Shown: one piece after another, positions 10,234-20,195 of the stretch | How positions within the stretch are numbered: position 1 is the stretch's first letter | Layout: each line of letters opens with the position of its first letter | Assembly (NCBI GenBank): GCA_963668025.2 | Contig: CAXXTH010000011.1 | Location: 96,001-160,000 of the forward strand | Direction of reading: 5' to 3' | Source: Candidatus Hydrogenedentota bacterium | GTDB lineage: Bacteria > Hydrogenedentota > Hydrogenedentia > Hydrogenedentales > SLHB01 | DNA length: 64,000 nt | The notes under the pieces: model-generated | The model's input: only the letters and a program-made list of their open reading frames with translations | Told to the model about the DNA's origin: nothing | Database searches by the model: none | Translations under genes and position numbers: made by a program

Positions 10234-11238
10234 CTAGTAATTCATCCCTGCATAATGGATATAGGCCTTGACGATCTCCGCGCCATAGAACATGACCACG
10301 AGGCCCGCCAGGCATAGATAAGGGCCGAAAGGCAGGTAATGGGCGGAAAGGCTGACTTCTTCCTCGTCTACGTTTTCTTCCGGCAATTCTTCTTTTTTCG
10401 TGAACATCATGATCGCGCCGACAATGCTGCTGAGCAAAATTGTTCCCGGAAAACCATAGAAATCGCCGAATGTGACGGGCTCTTCTTTCCCGCTGTTACC
10501 GCCGTGCTCTTCCTTGCGCGCCAAGCTCACGAGGATGATGCCCAGGATGCTGCCCAACACCGAGGCGATAAGGACAACAAGAATGACGCCCGGCCAGCCG
10601 AAAAGCCCGCCCAGCATGGCCAGCAGCTTCACGTCGCCGCCTCCCATGCCCCGCTTTTTCAGAATCAGGCGCGCCGCTTTATCCATGATGAAAATCAGCC
10701 CGCCGCCCGCTTCGATGCCGATAAAGGCGTTCAGCAACGCGTTCGACGGCCCCATCACACGCAAGCCGCTTTCGGGATAAAACAACACTACGGCGGCCAG
10801 CGCCATGGCGATGGGAATGCCTGGGAGCGTAACTTCGTTGGGTATAATCCAACAACGTATGTCCGTGGCTGTCACCAATACAAGCGCCGCCGCTACGATC
10901 ATGTAGATCGGCGTGGCCACGACAAAACCAAACCGCAAGAACACCAGGAGAAACAGCACGCCGGTCACCGCTTCGACGAGGGGATATTGCCAGCTTATAG
11001 GCGCGGCGCATTGGCGGCATTTAGCGCGGAGCGCCAGCCAGCTCAGAATAGGAATATTATCGTACCATCGAATGGGCGCGCCGCACTTCGGACAGCGCGA
11101 ACCCGGCGACACTACCGATTCGCCTTTCGGCAAGCGGAACGCGCATACGTTGAGGAAACTGCCTACCACGGAGCCAAACGCAAAGGCCACCACGGATAGG
11201 AAAATCTCGAGCATATGCTCTTGGATAAAATACGCCAC
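10234..11238 (-). CDS. pilD: Type IV prepilin peptidase (A24A, PilD-like)
   Basis: GSFLNV, two CxxC pairs, ISWQYPLVE, GMGGGDVKL and LPFGPYL motifs. Confidence 0.92.
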   Translation of the reverse strand: MAYFIQEHMLEIFLSVVAFAFGSVVGSFLNVCAFRLPKGESVVSPGSRCPKCGAPIRWYDNIPILSWLALRAKCRQCAAPISWQYPLVEAVTGVLFLLVFLRFGFVVATPIYMIVAAALVLVTATDIRCWIIPNEVTLPGIPIAMALAAVVLFYPESGLRVMGPSNALLNAFIGIEAGGGLIFIMDKAARLILKKRGMGGGDVKLLAMLGGLFGWPGVILVVLIASVLGSILGIILVSLARKEEHGGNSGKEEPVTFGDFYGFPGTILLSSIVGAIMMFTKKEELPEENVDEEEVSLSAHYLPFGPYLCLAGLVVMFYGAEIVKAYIHYAGMNY

Positions 11239-11266
11239 ACCGCCTCCTTGTCACGCTTGATATGCG

Positions 11267-12064
11267 TCAGCTTTTCACCGCATCCGCAAGAGTCTTCGCG
11301 AAAGCGCCCACGCGAACGGGCATCTCCGGCGTATCGCCTAGTTCACCCACCAAACGCACAATGGCGCTGCCCACAATGACGCCATCGGCATACCGTGCGA
11401 TTTCCCGTGCTTGTTCTGGCGTCGAGACGCCAAATCCCACCGACACGGGCTTGTTAGTGAAACGTTTGATACTCTTCACCATGCCTTCGACCGACTGTTC
11501 GATATCCTGCCGCACGCCGGTGACGCCCGTGCGGGAAACATAATAGATGAACCCCGTCGAACATTCCGCGATGAGCCGAATGCGCTCTTCCGTGCTGGTG
11601 GGGGCGATAAGGTAAATGGTGGCGACGCCCGCCGCGTCCAGGAGGCGTTTGTAGTCTTCCGACTCCTCCGGCGGCAGATCCACACATAGCACCCCGTCCA
11701 CGCCCGCACTAGATGCATCGCGCGCGAACGCCTCGAGCCCATAGGCCAGCACCGGATTCACATACGTGAATAAGACTATTGGGATTTGCGTCTTCGCGCG
11801 CAATTCTTTCACCAGCCCTACGACATCATGTAATGACACATTGTGTTCCAGCGCGCGATAGGCCGCCGCCTGGTTCACGGGGCCGTCCGCGATGGGGTCA
11901 GAGAAGGGAATGCCGAATTCAATGATATCAGCCCCTGCTGCTTCGAGCGCGAGGACCACTTCCGCCGTGCGCGCGAGCGTGGGATCGCCCGCCGTAATAT
12001 AGGGGATGAAAGCCTTGCGGCCTGCTTGGGCCAGCTCCCGGAATCGAGTCTCGATGCGGTTCAT
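11267..12064 (-). CDS. trpA: Tryptophan synthase alpha chain
   Basis: PYITAGDP, EFGIPFSDPIADGP, GVTG, VGFG motifs; ATG 12064 preceded by GAGGAG. Confidence 0.97.
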   Translation of the reverse strand: MNRIETRFRELAQAGRKAFIPYITAGDPTLARTAEVVLALEAAGADIIEFGIPFSDPIADGPVNQAAAYRALEHNVSLHDVVGLVKELRAKTQIPIVLFTYVNPVLAYGLEAFARDASSAGVDGVLCVDLPPEESEDYKRLLDAAGVATIYLIAPTSTEERIRLIAECSTGFIYYVSRTGVTGVRQDIEQSVEGMVKSIKRFTNKPVSVGFGVSTPEQAREIARYADGVIVGSAIVRLVGELGDTPEMPVRVGAFAKTLADAVKS

Positions 12065-12068
12065 ATAA

Positions 12069-13331
12069 CTAAAACTCCTCTCCGGGCAGGATAAATTTCG
12101 CGGCTTGCTGGACATCCTTATCGCCCCGGCCCGACATATTTACGACGACAAGCTGCTCTTTCGGCAGCGTGGGGACAATTTTGCAGGCATGCGCGATGGC
12201 GTGCGCACTTTCGAGAGCCGGAATAATGCCCTCGAGTTTGCTTGCAAGCTGGAACGCTTCAAGGGCTTCATCGTCGTTCGCGTACGTATACTCGACCCGC
12301 CCAACAGTTTTGAAAAAGGCGTGTTCAGGCCCCACGCTGGCGTAATCGAGTCCGGCGGAGACACTGTGGGTGCCCAGGATTTGGCCGTTTTCGTCCTGCA
12401 GCACATAGCTCATCGCGCCATGCAGCATGCCACGCACGCCCGTGGCGAATCGCGCGGCGTGTTTGCCGGTCTCCGGCCCCAAGCCGCCCGCTTCGACGCC
12501 TATCATACGCACGGTCTCTTCCCGTACGAAATCGAAGAACAGCCCCACGGCGTTGCTGCCGCCGCCGACGCATGCGATGAGAAGATCAGGCAGCCGCCCT
12601 TCTTTCTCCATGATTTGCGCTCGCGTTTCACGGCCAATGATGCTCTGGAAGTCGCGGCAGATCATGGGGAAGGGGTGGGGGCCCTCGACGGTGCCCAGGA
12701 CATAATGGGTGTTGCCCACCGTGGCGACCCAATCGCGCATGGCCTCGTTGATGGCGTCCTTGAGGGTTCGGGTGCCATGAGGCACGGCGCGCACTTCCGT
12801 GCCGAGCAGGCGCATGCGGAAAACGTTCAGTTTTTGCCGCTCCATGTCTTCGGTGCCCATATAGACCGTGCATTCGAGGCCCAGCAGCGCGGCGGCCGTG
12901 GCCGTGGCCACGCCATGCTGCCCCGCGCCCGTTTCAGCGATGATGCGCGTTTTGCCCATGCGTTTGGCGAGAAGGGCCTGGCCGAGGGCGTTGTTGATCT
13001 TGTGTGCGCCCGTATGGGCAAGGTCTTCGCGCTTGAAATAGACTTTCGCGCCGCCCAGATGCTCCGTCAACCGCTGGGCATAATACAGCGGCGTGGGCCG
13101 GCCCACGTAGTCCGCCTGATACCGCGCCAGGACAGCCTGGAATTCGGGATCATCCTTGGCTTCCAGGTAGGCCTGTTCGAGTTCAGCAAGGGGGTGCATG
13201 AGCGTTTCCGGCACGAAACGCCCGCCGAAATCGCCATAACGCCCCTTAGCGTCGGGATAGGGATAAGCCCCTTTGCGCCTATTCGACCCAGGCGTGTTTG
13301 GCGTTGCAGATGAATGCGCGGAGTTTGGCAT
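12069..13331 (-). CDS. trpB: Tryptophan synthase beta chain
   Basis: [37 protein letters not shown]; first plausible ATG 13331 (SD AAGGA) overlaps the trpF 3' end by 53 nt. Confidence 0.97.
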   Translation of the reverse strand: MPNSAHSSATPNTPGSNRRKGAYPYPDAKGRYGDFGGRFVPETLMHPLAELEQAYLEAKDDPEFQAVLARYQADYVGRPTPLYYAQRLTEHLGGAKVYFKREDLAHTGAHKINNALGQALLAKRMGKTRIIAETGAGQHGVATATAAALLGLECTVYMGTEDMERQKLNVFRMRLLGTEVRAVPHGTRTLKDAINEAMRDWVATVGNTHYVLGTVEGPHPFPMICRDFQSIIGRETRAQIMEKEGRLPDLLIACVGGGSNAVGLFFDFVREETVRMIGVEAGGLGPETGKHAARFATGVRGMLHGAMSYVLQDENGQILGTHSVSAGLDYASVGPEHAFFKTVGRVEYTYANDDEALEAFQLASKLEGIIPALESAHAIAHACKIVPTLPKEQLVVVNMSGRGDKDVQQAAKFILPGEEF

Positions 13332-13938
13332 AATCCTTCTTTCCTGGCGCGCTCTCGACGCCGCCCGCCACGTCCACGGCATATGGCCGGACAGCGCGGA
13401 TGGCATTGGCTACATTGTCTGGGCGAAGCCCTCCCGCCAGCATCACGGGCAGCCCCGCCTCGGCGGCCCGGCGCGCAGTGGGCCAGTCACATAGTTCTCC
13501 CGTGCCGCCATGGGAACCGGGAACACATGCATCCAATAGATATACCGCTGCTGGATGCGATTTCATGGATTCTACCTCAAACTGGGGGCCGATCCGAAAT
13601 CCTTTGATCACCCGCCCGCCAGGCACGGCCCCTCTAGAGAGTAGCGCGCACTGTTCCGGCGGCTCGCTGCCGCTGAGCTGCACATAATCCACGAACTGGA
13701 GGTAGTCTTGGAGCAGCTCTATCGGAGCGTCCACGGTGACGGCCACGGTGCTGACGAATGGCGGGAGTTGCTCGATAATCCGCTGGGCGGCTTCGGGTTC
13801 AATATACCGGTTTCTCTTCATGGCCTCATGGGCGAAGTTGAAGCCCAAAATATCGGCCCCCGCATCACATGCCGCCAGGCTATCCTCGAGCGTCGTGACG
13901 CCGCAGATTTTAATCTTCGGAATCGCCGAGGAGTTCAT
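13279..13938 (-). CDS. trpF: Phosphoribosylanthranilate isomerase
   Basis: [28 protein letters not shown] motifs. Confidence 0.95.
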   Translation of the reverse strand: MNSSAIPKIKICGVTTLEDSLAACDAGADILGFNFAHEAMKRNRYIEPEAAQRIIEQLPPFVSTVAVTVDAPIELLQDYLQFVDYVQLSGSEPPEQCALLSRGAVPGGRVIKGFRIGPQFEVESMKSHPAAVYLLDACVPGSHGGTGELCDWPTARRAAEAGLPVMLAGGLRPDNVANAIRAVRPYAVDVAGGVESAPGKKDYAKLRAFICNAKHAWVE

Positions 13939-14692
13939 GGATTTTCCCGCTGATGTTCTTGCTTGTCACCAAGGCCTCGCCCACTAATATCGCGTCCACG
14001 CCCCCATCTTCGAGTTTCTTCACATGATCGCGGGTGTGAATGCCGCTCTCGCTTACGAGGACATTGCCGCCAGGCACAAGCCGTTTTAGCTCGAGCGTAG
14101 TGGCAATATTCACCTCGAACGTGGCCAGATCACGGTTGTTGATGCCGATGATCGGCGAGCGGGCGCGCAGCGCCCGTTCGATCTCTGCTGCGTCATGAGT
14201 TTCCACCAGGGTTGCCATGCCTAATTCGCGGGCAAGCTGGATATAATCCGCAAGCTGTTCATCTGAAAGCACACGCACGATCAGTAGAATGGCGTCCGCT
14301 TGGGCTGCCCTGGCCTCGAAAATCTGGTAATCATCAATGATGAATTCCTTGCGTAGGCAAGGTATCTGAACGCTTTGGCGCACGGCGTTCAGATCATCGA
14401 GCGTGCCTTGGAAGTATTTCTCGTCCGTAAGTACGGAAATGGCGCGCGCGCCGGATTGCTCATACAGGCAAGCCAAATCAATAGGATCGATATTCTCTAT
14501 GAGCGTGCCCTTGGAAGGGGAACGGCGCTTGATTTCCGCGATGAGGCTAATGTTTTCTTCGCGCAAAGAAGCCCGAAAATCGCGCGGAGGACGCACCTCC
14601 TTGATGCGTTCTTCAAGCGCTGCCAGCGGAACTTTGCGTTTCTGTATATCCACTTCTTCGCGCTTATGCGCGCATATTTCATCAAGAATCAT
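13910..14692 (-). CDS. trpC: Indole-3-glycerol phosphate synthase
   Basis: IAEIKRRSPSKG, ISVLTD, GINNRDL, SESGI motifs. Confidence 0.97.
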   Translation of the reverse strand: MILDEICAHKREEVDIQKRKVPLAALEERIKEVRPPRDFRASLREENISLIAEIKRRSPSKGTLIENIDPIDLACLYEQSGARAISVLTDEKYFQGTLDDLNAVRQSVQIPCLRKEFIIDDYQIFEARAAQADAILLIVRVLSDEQLADYIQLARELGMATLVETHDAAEIERALRARSPIIGINNRDLATFEVNIATTLELKRLVPGGNVLVSESGIHTRDHVKKLEDGGVDAILVGEALVTSKNISGKIHELLGDSED

Positions 14693-15737
14693 GGGACGCC
14701 TTCACCAATTCATCGAGTTTCGCCAGCGCCGCTCCGGAATCTATGGAGCGCCGCGCTGTTTCGAGCCCCTCCCGCCAATCCATGCCTTCACAACCGGCTC
14801 GAATTCCTGCTGCGGCGTTTAGCAGCGCCACATCCCTGTGGGGGCCTTTTTCCCCCTCGAGAACAGCCTTAAGCAGGGCGGCGTTCTCCTCAGGGCCGCC
14901 TCCGCGCAACGCTTCGCGCGGCGCGGAGCCGAGGCCCAAGCTTTCCGCCTCTATCGTATACAGCCGCACATCGCCGCCAAGGCCTTCCGCTACTTGGGTT
15001 GGCCCCGACAGGCTCATTTCATCGAGTCCATCCGCGCCCGCCACCACCAGTGCATGCCGCCCGCCTAAGTTCATCAGCACTTGGCACAGCGTCTCGATGA
15101 GCCCGGCATCAAAAACGCCGACTACCTGCCCACACGCCCCGGCGGGATTCGTCAGCGGCCCCAGCACATTAAAAACGGTTCTCAACCGCAATTCCCGGCG
15201 TGGCCCGCCCACATGCGACATAGCCCCGTGAAGCGTTCGTGCGAACAAGAACCCAATGCCAATTTTGTCGATGCATCGCCCAACCGTTTCAGGGCTGGCT
15301 TCGATATTCACACCTAGCGCCTCAAGCACATCCGCGCTGCCGCATTGGCTCGACGCGCTGCGGTTGCCATGCTTGGCCACGGCCACACCTGCCCCGGCGG
15401 CAACAAAAGCGGCCGTCGTGGAGATGTTAAAAGAACCCGAGCGATCCCCGCCTGTACCGCAGGTATCCACCAGCGGGCGGCGTGACGTGGGCACCCGCGT
15501 GGCGAATGCGCGCATGGTTTCGGCGAATCCCGTGATCTCTTCGACGGTCTCGCCTTTCATCCGCAAGGCGACCAGCAATCCCGCGGTCTGGGCAGGTGTT
15601 GTATTGCCTTCCATTAACGCGCGCATGACCTGCGCCGCCTCCGTACGAGACAGCGCTTGTTTCTCCACCAGCCGGGCTATTGTATCTTCTATCACGGGCG
15701 CGGCTCCTAAATGAAGCGGTGCAACTTCTGTCTCCAC
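14682..15737 (-). CDS. trpD: Anthranilate phosphoribosyltransferase
   Basis: DTCGTGGD, NISTT, KHGNRS, GPLTNP, DGLDE motifs. Confidence 0.97.
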   Translation of the reverse strand: METEVAPLHLGAAPVIEDTIARLVEKQALSRTEAAQVMRALMEGNTTPAQTAGLLVALRMKGETVEEITGFAETMRAFATRVPTSRRPLVDTCGTGGDRSGSFNISTTAAFVAAGAGVAVAKHGNRSASSQCGSADVLEALGVNIEASPETVGRCIDKIGIGFLFARTLHGAMSHVGGPRRELRLRTVFNVLGPLTNPAGACGQVVGVFDAGLIETLCQVLMNLGGRHALVVAGADGLDEMSLSGPTQVAEGLGGDVRLYTIEAESLGLGSAPREALRGGGPEENAALLKAVLEGEKGPHRDVALLNAAAGIRAGCEGMDWREGLETARRSIDSGAALAKLDELVKASHDS

Positions 15738-15740
15738 TGC

Positions 15741-16505
15741 TCAGTCATCCAGATCGAGGCGCTTAGGATCCGCTTGCACATCTTGTAGCGTACTATAGCA
15801 GCCCAATTCCTTGCTCAGCCGGTCACGCTCTTCCGCGGCCCGGTTGATGCCCGATGCGGCGGCGGCGCGCACATCCTCGTCATCATATCCGTGGCGGTCA
15901 TCCTTGTACCCGGCCATATCAACCAAGCCTTTATACCGCTCGAGCATAGCCTTCGCCACGGGCCCCTTGGTGCGATGGGCAATACGTTTGGCTGGATTGC
16001 CCGCCCAGACTTCATACGGCCCCACGTCTTTCGTCACCACGCTATTCGGCGCGATGACCGCGCCATCACCGATGGCAACGCCCGGCCCGATATAGCAGCG
16101 GCTTAAGATGATACAGGAATCACCAATGACGATAGGTTCCGCGATATGGGGCGTGATGCGCCAGTGACGGTCCGTACCGAACACCATGTGGTTGGTGTCG
16201 CGCAACACGCAGAATTCGGCGATTCCCGTGAAACGGCCGATCTTGATCATCTTGGTGGCTTCTAATATGCAGTAATAACTACATCCAGAACAGGTGCCAA
16301 AGACGATTTTGCCATCTCCTTGCGTGCGCATGATGACATTATCGCGAATGCGGCAATTGTCGCCTAGCTCTACATGGCCGTCTATTTCGAGATATTTCCC
16401 GGGGAAACGGCAGTGTTTACCCAGCTTGGCGAACTTCATGCCATGCTTGACGGTACGGTATGCATAGACGAGCTTTTTGAGTTTCATGCGGTTTTCCTCG
16501 GCCAT
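15741..16505 (-). CDS. Hexapeptide-repeat (left-handed beta-helix) acyltransferase
   Basis: IVIGDSCII, IGPGVAIGDGAVIAPNSVVTKDV, WAGNPAK; ends 3 bp before trpD start. Confidence 0.85.
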   Translation of the reverse strand: MAEENRMKLKKLVYAYRTVKHGMKFAKLGKHCRFPGKYLEIDGHVELGDNCRIRDNVIMRTQGDGKIVFGTCSGCSYYCILEATKMIKIGRFTGIAEFCVLRDTNHMVFGTDRHWRITPHIAEPIVIGDSCIILSRCYIGPGVAIGDGAVIAPNSVVTKDVGPYEVWAGNPAKRIAHRTKGPVAKAMLERYKGLVDMAGYKDDRHGYDDEDVRAAAASGINRAAEERDRLSKELGCYSTLQDVQADPKRLDLDD

Positions 16506-16609
16506 TTATGAAGTAAAAGATAGTATCATACCCCCTAAGGGCAGTCAATTGAGCGAATGGAGTGAATGGACAGATGTGAATGAACTGAGGACATTTTTAA
16601 CGAGTTTTG

Positions 16610-16840
16610 ACATTGAGTAAATGGACATTTGACGGTGAAAATCTGGCCAAACATACCGGCTGTATGGACTTCGATGCAGTATATGCCGGGCGATATATCC
16701 ATGGGTAAATTGGCGCACCACATATGACCCACATTGTTGTAGAATTGCCAGAGTTTGCCCCCAAAGCCTTATCCAGTTTGGTTCGAGTTCCTTCATGTGG
16801 GCATAAGCCGGATCCGGAACGCCTTCGATCCATTCCCCTG
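16610..16840 (-). pseudogene. Frameshifted C-terminal remnant of a calcineurin-like metallophosphoesterase
   Basis: GEWIEGVPDPAYAHMKELE (one frame) then HMWCANLPMDISPGIYCIEVHTAGMFGQIF (other frame) resembles the HxW..LP....G...IEV...DMFG tail of these proteins; no N-terminus present. Confidence 0.55.
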
Positions 16841-16844
16841 TACT

Positions 16845-17046
16845 ACTAACGGGCAAAATCTTGTTTTGTTGCAGGAGTATTTTGTGTAAGTCAAACCACA
16901 TAAAGTTGTTATAGCATACGATTTTTCATGATATTTTGGCGGGCTCTTCTTTTAAATGGTGGGGCCAGCCCCACACTACTGCTATAAATTTTAGTGTATT
17001 TAGTGGTTAGAATCTGGAGCTTTGGTTGCGGCCATCCCACGCTGTG
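16845..17046 (+). mobile_element. Composite ~200-bp MITE/REP-like element, copy 1
   Basis: Colinear similarity with 34342..34552 along its length: ACTAAC..AATCTTGTTTT.TTGCA..TGTGTAA..TACGATTTTT..GGTGGGG..CCCCAC.CTAC..TTTAGTGTATTT..TTTGGTTGCGGC. Confidence 0.7.
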
Positions 17047-17297
17047 TCATCTTGCTTATCTACGGTATGATCAAAAATCCGGATTTATTTACCACATGCA
17101 AAACACAGGATCGAAATACTGATCGGTGAATCGGAATCCGGCATCGGATGCGAGCTTTGCCAGGTCACTTGCAGCGCTACCCGTTGCGTTATCTTGACTT
17201 TTTGTGCTTGATTTTGGCGCAGTTGATTGATTAGTCTCTTCTAGTTGTGATACAGGGTATTTCGCCATCTCTACAGGCCAGATTCTAGGAGATTTGT

Positions 17298-20135
17298 ATG
17301 TCAACGCCTCTCTCTCCCCTGACGCCATTCAAGCAGTCCAGACATGCGGTGAGTTATGCAGAATTGCGGTCGGATTTTCGGAATCCGCCCGGGCGGTATC
17401 GCATGCTGCCCATATTCCGCCTGAATGATGAAATTGATTTTGAGCGGATGGATGCCCAGTTGTCCTCCTTGCATGAGCAAGGTTTTGGCGGGGTGTTTTC
17501 GTGTTGTGAGCACTTCGCGGATAGTTCGCCGTTCCGTTTTTTATCGGAGGCATGGTGGGATATTGTGCGCCGTATGGCGGAGACATGTAAAAAACTTGGA
17601 TTGTATTATTGGGCGTACGACGAAGAAGACTGGCCGAGCGGCACTGCGGCGGGAATCATCCTGGAACAAGAGCCGGACTTGATTTGGAAATCGCTGAAAT
17701 GCATGGAATATTCGGTTTCGGGACCCAGCAAGGCCACAGTGGACATCTGGGCCGGATTGCCGGAGCAAGCGCGGGTGATTGCCATGCAAGCATGGCGCAT
17801 GCAGGATGGAGCCATCCTCACGGACACGCTGCAAACCTTGAACGTGCCACCCCCCGGCGAGGCTCTCGAATGGCTGCCTCCGTCCGCCGAAGCATGGACG
17901 ATTGGTGTGTTTGTGGTTCTTCCGGGTATTTGCGCGGAAGACCGGCCTTTTTGCGACCTGATGAATCCGCGCGCGACACAGGCCTTTATCGAACGCGTAT
18001 ACCAGGCGCATGCCGAACGCCTGGAGGAATATGGCGGGGAATTATCGGGATTTTTTACGGACGAGCCGCATCTGCTGGCTTGGGCCGGATATACAAACAG
18101 CGCGAATGCGCTGGCGCAGGGCCATCCCTTCAGCTTTGAAATGCTGCCTGTTTTTAAGGAAAACTGCGGAACAGAGCTGTCGCGGCAACCGGCATTGGCG
18201 TTGATGTTCCATGAGCCAGCCGAGGCCAGCGAAGCGGCCCTAGACGCCATGCTATTGCGTTGCCGTTATTATCGCACCGTGTCGCAATGTTTCAGCAGGC
18301 ATTTCGAGGCGATGTATCAGTTCTGTGAACAGCACGATGTACCGCTGACGGGGCATCTGTGGCCTGAGGAGTCGTTTAGTCTTCAGCTTGCGGCCCTGGG
18401 AGGGAATCCGCAGCATCTGTATCGCCATATGCAAATTCCTGGACTGGATTGGGTGATGGCTTTTGGAAAGAATTGTAATGAACTGCCAGCCAACGCCATC
18501 AAGTATCCCGCATCCATCGCGCACCTGTATGGACGCCCGAGGGTGTCCTGTGAATCGTTCGCAGGCTCCGGATGGGGCGCCACCTTCCAAGACTTCCTGC
18601 GCGTCCTGCATTGGGAGCATATCCACGGGGTGAACATGCAGATCCCCATCAGTTTCAAGTATTCACTGCGAGGCGAAGGACGCGCCCAGTTTTATCCTCC
18701 TGGATTCAGCTACCAGCAACCTTGGTGGGAGCATGTGCGAGCATGGGCGGATTATGAAGCCCGCTTATGCGCCGTGACATCAGCGGGCGCTCACGTGGCG
18801 CAAGTCATTCTGTTTTACCCAGAGGCGGATTTATGGACACACTGCCTGGAATACAAAACGCTAGATCTGCGCAGCGATGAATACAACCATTTAGGCGACC
18901 AGCTCCGGATGCACGGTTATGATTATGATGTGCTGGATGATCAAGCGCTTGCCGAAAACATACGGTGGAAAGACGGCTTGTTCAGATCCGAGTATGAGTC
19001 ATTCGAGGTAATGATTCTGCCGCGCATGGATGGGGTGAGCCTCGAAACGTTCAAGCGCCTCGCCTGCTGGGCCAGCCAGGGAGCGAAGCTCATTTTTCTG
19101 GGCGCATTGCCGCAACACAGCCTTGAAAACGGCGCATACGATCCGGATTTACGGCATGCCGTTGAATCGATGCTGGGGCTGGAGTGTTATCAACAGGCCG
19201 CACAAGGCCGGAATTTCACCAGCATGGCCGCACCATATGCCGCATTTGCCGCGGATATCGATGCGGCGCTGGCGCAACTGCGGCAGTGGAGCGCGCCTGA
19301 TGTGGCTGCCTCGTCCATGGAACATCCGCTGCTCGCCTGCCACCGCAATCTAGACGATGTCCATGTGTATCTGCTGTACAATCCATGTGAACGGAGAATC
19401 ACGACGGACGTAACCCTCCGCGCCAGCGGCCATCCGGAACGGCTGGACCCCGTGACAGGCGATTCGGAGATGATCGCCGCCTATCAAACAGGCCCGCAAG
19501 GCACCCAGTTGGGGCTCACCTTCCAAGCATGGGAAATGCAGATCATTGTGCTGCATTCGGAACCGGCGGTCTCGGCGCCTGCGACGGCATGGCAGGCCGT
19601 ACAAACCCTATCCGTAGAGGGATGCTGGGATTTTGAGATCGAGCAAACCATGCAACGCCCCGATGTGGCGTGGAATTTCGCGGAAGACTTTGAGCATTGG
19701 CATTCCGTGGCGCAGCCCGCTTGCCCCCCCAACACGATCATAGCGGGAGACTGGTCGCTGCAAGGCTTGCCGTATTTTTCGGGCATCGGGCATTATCGCA
19801 AAGAGATCGAGCTGCCGGAGATGCAGGCGGGAGCCTGGGTGGAATTGAGCTTGGGAGAAGTGGCCGTTAGCGCGCAGGTGTTCGTGAACGGCCAATCCAT
19901 GGGTATCCTGTTCGCTCCTCCATACAAGCTGGATATCACGGATGCCGTGCGGCCAGGGCGCAACCGTATTCATGTCGCCGTGGCCAATACGTTGTCGAAT
20001 TATTACGCCCAATTTGAAGAGCTTTCCCGCGCACCCATTTATTCGGGAGGCGATTTGCCGAGCCGCCGCGTCAGCGGCCTGCTCGGCCCGGTGCGGATTC
20101 ACCTATTGGAGGCGCAAGGAAAAGCTTCTGAGTAG
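17298..20135 (+). CDS. GH106-like (alpha-L-rhamnosidase-type) glycoside hydrolase, no signal peptide
   Basis: WAYDEEDWPSG, GFFTDEP, CESFAGSGW, YPP..SYQQPWW, C-terminal GH2-like sugar-binding domain (GLPYFSG...SGLLGPV); SD AGGAGA. Confidence 0.75.
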   Translation: MSTPLSPLTPFKQSRHAVSYAELRSDFRNPPGRYRMLPIFRLNDEIDFERMDAQLSSLHEQGFGGVFSCCEHFADSSPFRFLSEAWWDIVRRMAETCKKLGLYYWAYDEEDWPSGTAAGIILEQEPDLIWKSLKCMEYSVSGPSKATVDIWAGLPEQARVIAMQAWRMQDGAILTDTLQTLNVPPPGEALEWLPPSAEAWTIGVFVVLPGICAEDRPFCDLMNPRATQAFIERVYQAHAERLEEYGGELSGFFTDEPHLLAWAGYTNSANALAQGHPFSFEMLPVFKENCGTELSRQPALALMFHEPAEASEAALDAMLLRCRYYRTVSQCFSRHFEAMYQFCEQHDVPLTGHLWPEESFSLQLAALGGNPQHLYRHMQIPGLDWVMAFGKNCNELPANAIKYPASIAHLYGRPRVSCESFAGSGWGATFQDFLRVLHWEHIHGVNMQIPISFKYSLRGEGRAQFYPPGFSYQQPWWEHVRAWADYEARLCAVTSAGAHVAQVILFYPEADLWTHCLEYKTLDLRSDEYNHLGDQLRMHGYDYDVLDDQALAENIRWKDGLFRSEYESFEVMILPRMDGVSLETFKRLACWASQGAKLIFLGALPQHSLENGAYDPDLRHAVESMLGLECYQQAAQGRNFTSMAAPYAAFAADIDAALAQLRQWSAPDVAASSMEHPLLACHRNLDDVHVYLLYNPCERRITTDVTLRASGHPERLDPVTGDSEMIAAYQTGPQGTQLGLTFQAWEMQIIVLHSEPAVSAPATAWQAVQTLSVEGCWDFEIEQTMQRPDVAWNFAEDFEHWHSVAQPACPPNTIIAGDWSLQGLPYFSGIGHYRKEIELPEMQAGAWVELSLGEVAVSAQVFVNGQSMGILFAPPYKLDITDAVRPGRNRIHVAVANTLSNYYAQFEELSRAPIYSGGDLPSRRVSGLLGPVRIHLLEAQGKASE

Positions 20136-20152
20136 AAGCGTAAATACAGATT

Positions 20153-20194
20153 AAAAAAGCCCCAGTTCACTGATTTGATGAACTGGGGCTTTTT
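20153..20194. terminator. Bidirectional intrinsic terminator
   Basis: AAAAAAGCCCCAGTTCA-loop-TGAACTGGGGCTTTTT between convergent genes. Confidence 0.9.
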
Positions 20195-20195
20195 G

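Noticed and set aside
12105-13313. 402-aa ORF antisense to trpB
   Set aside because: Codon-mirror shadow ORF; trpB fully explains the region
16545-16901. 118-aa ORF as an intact gene
   Set aside because: Its 5' part is composite-element DNA and the rest is a frameshifted remnant
17089-17328. 79-aa minus-strand ORF ending DQYFDPVFCMW, superficially like a RiPP precursor
   Set aside because: No good SD, occupies the probable promoter of the GH106-like gene, and no modifying enzymes nearby
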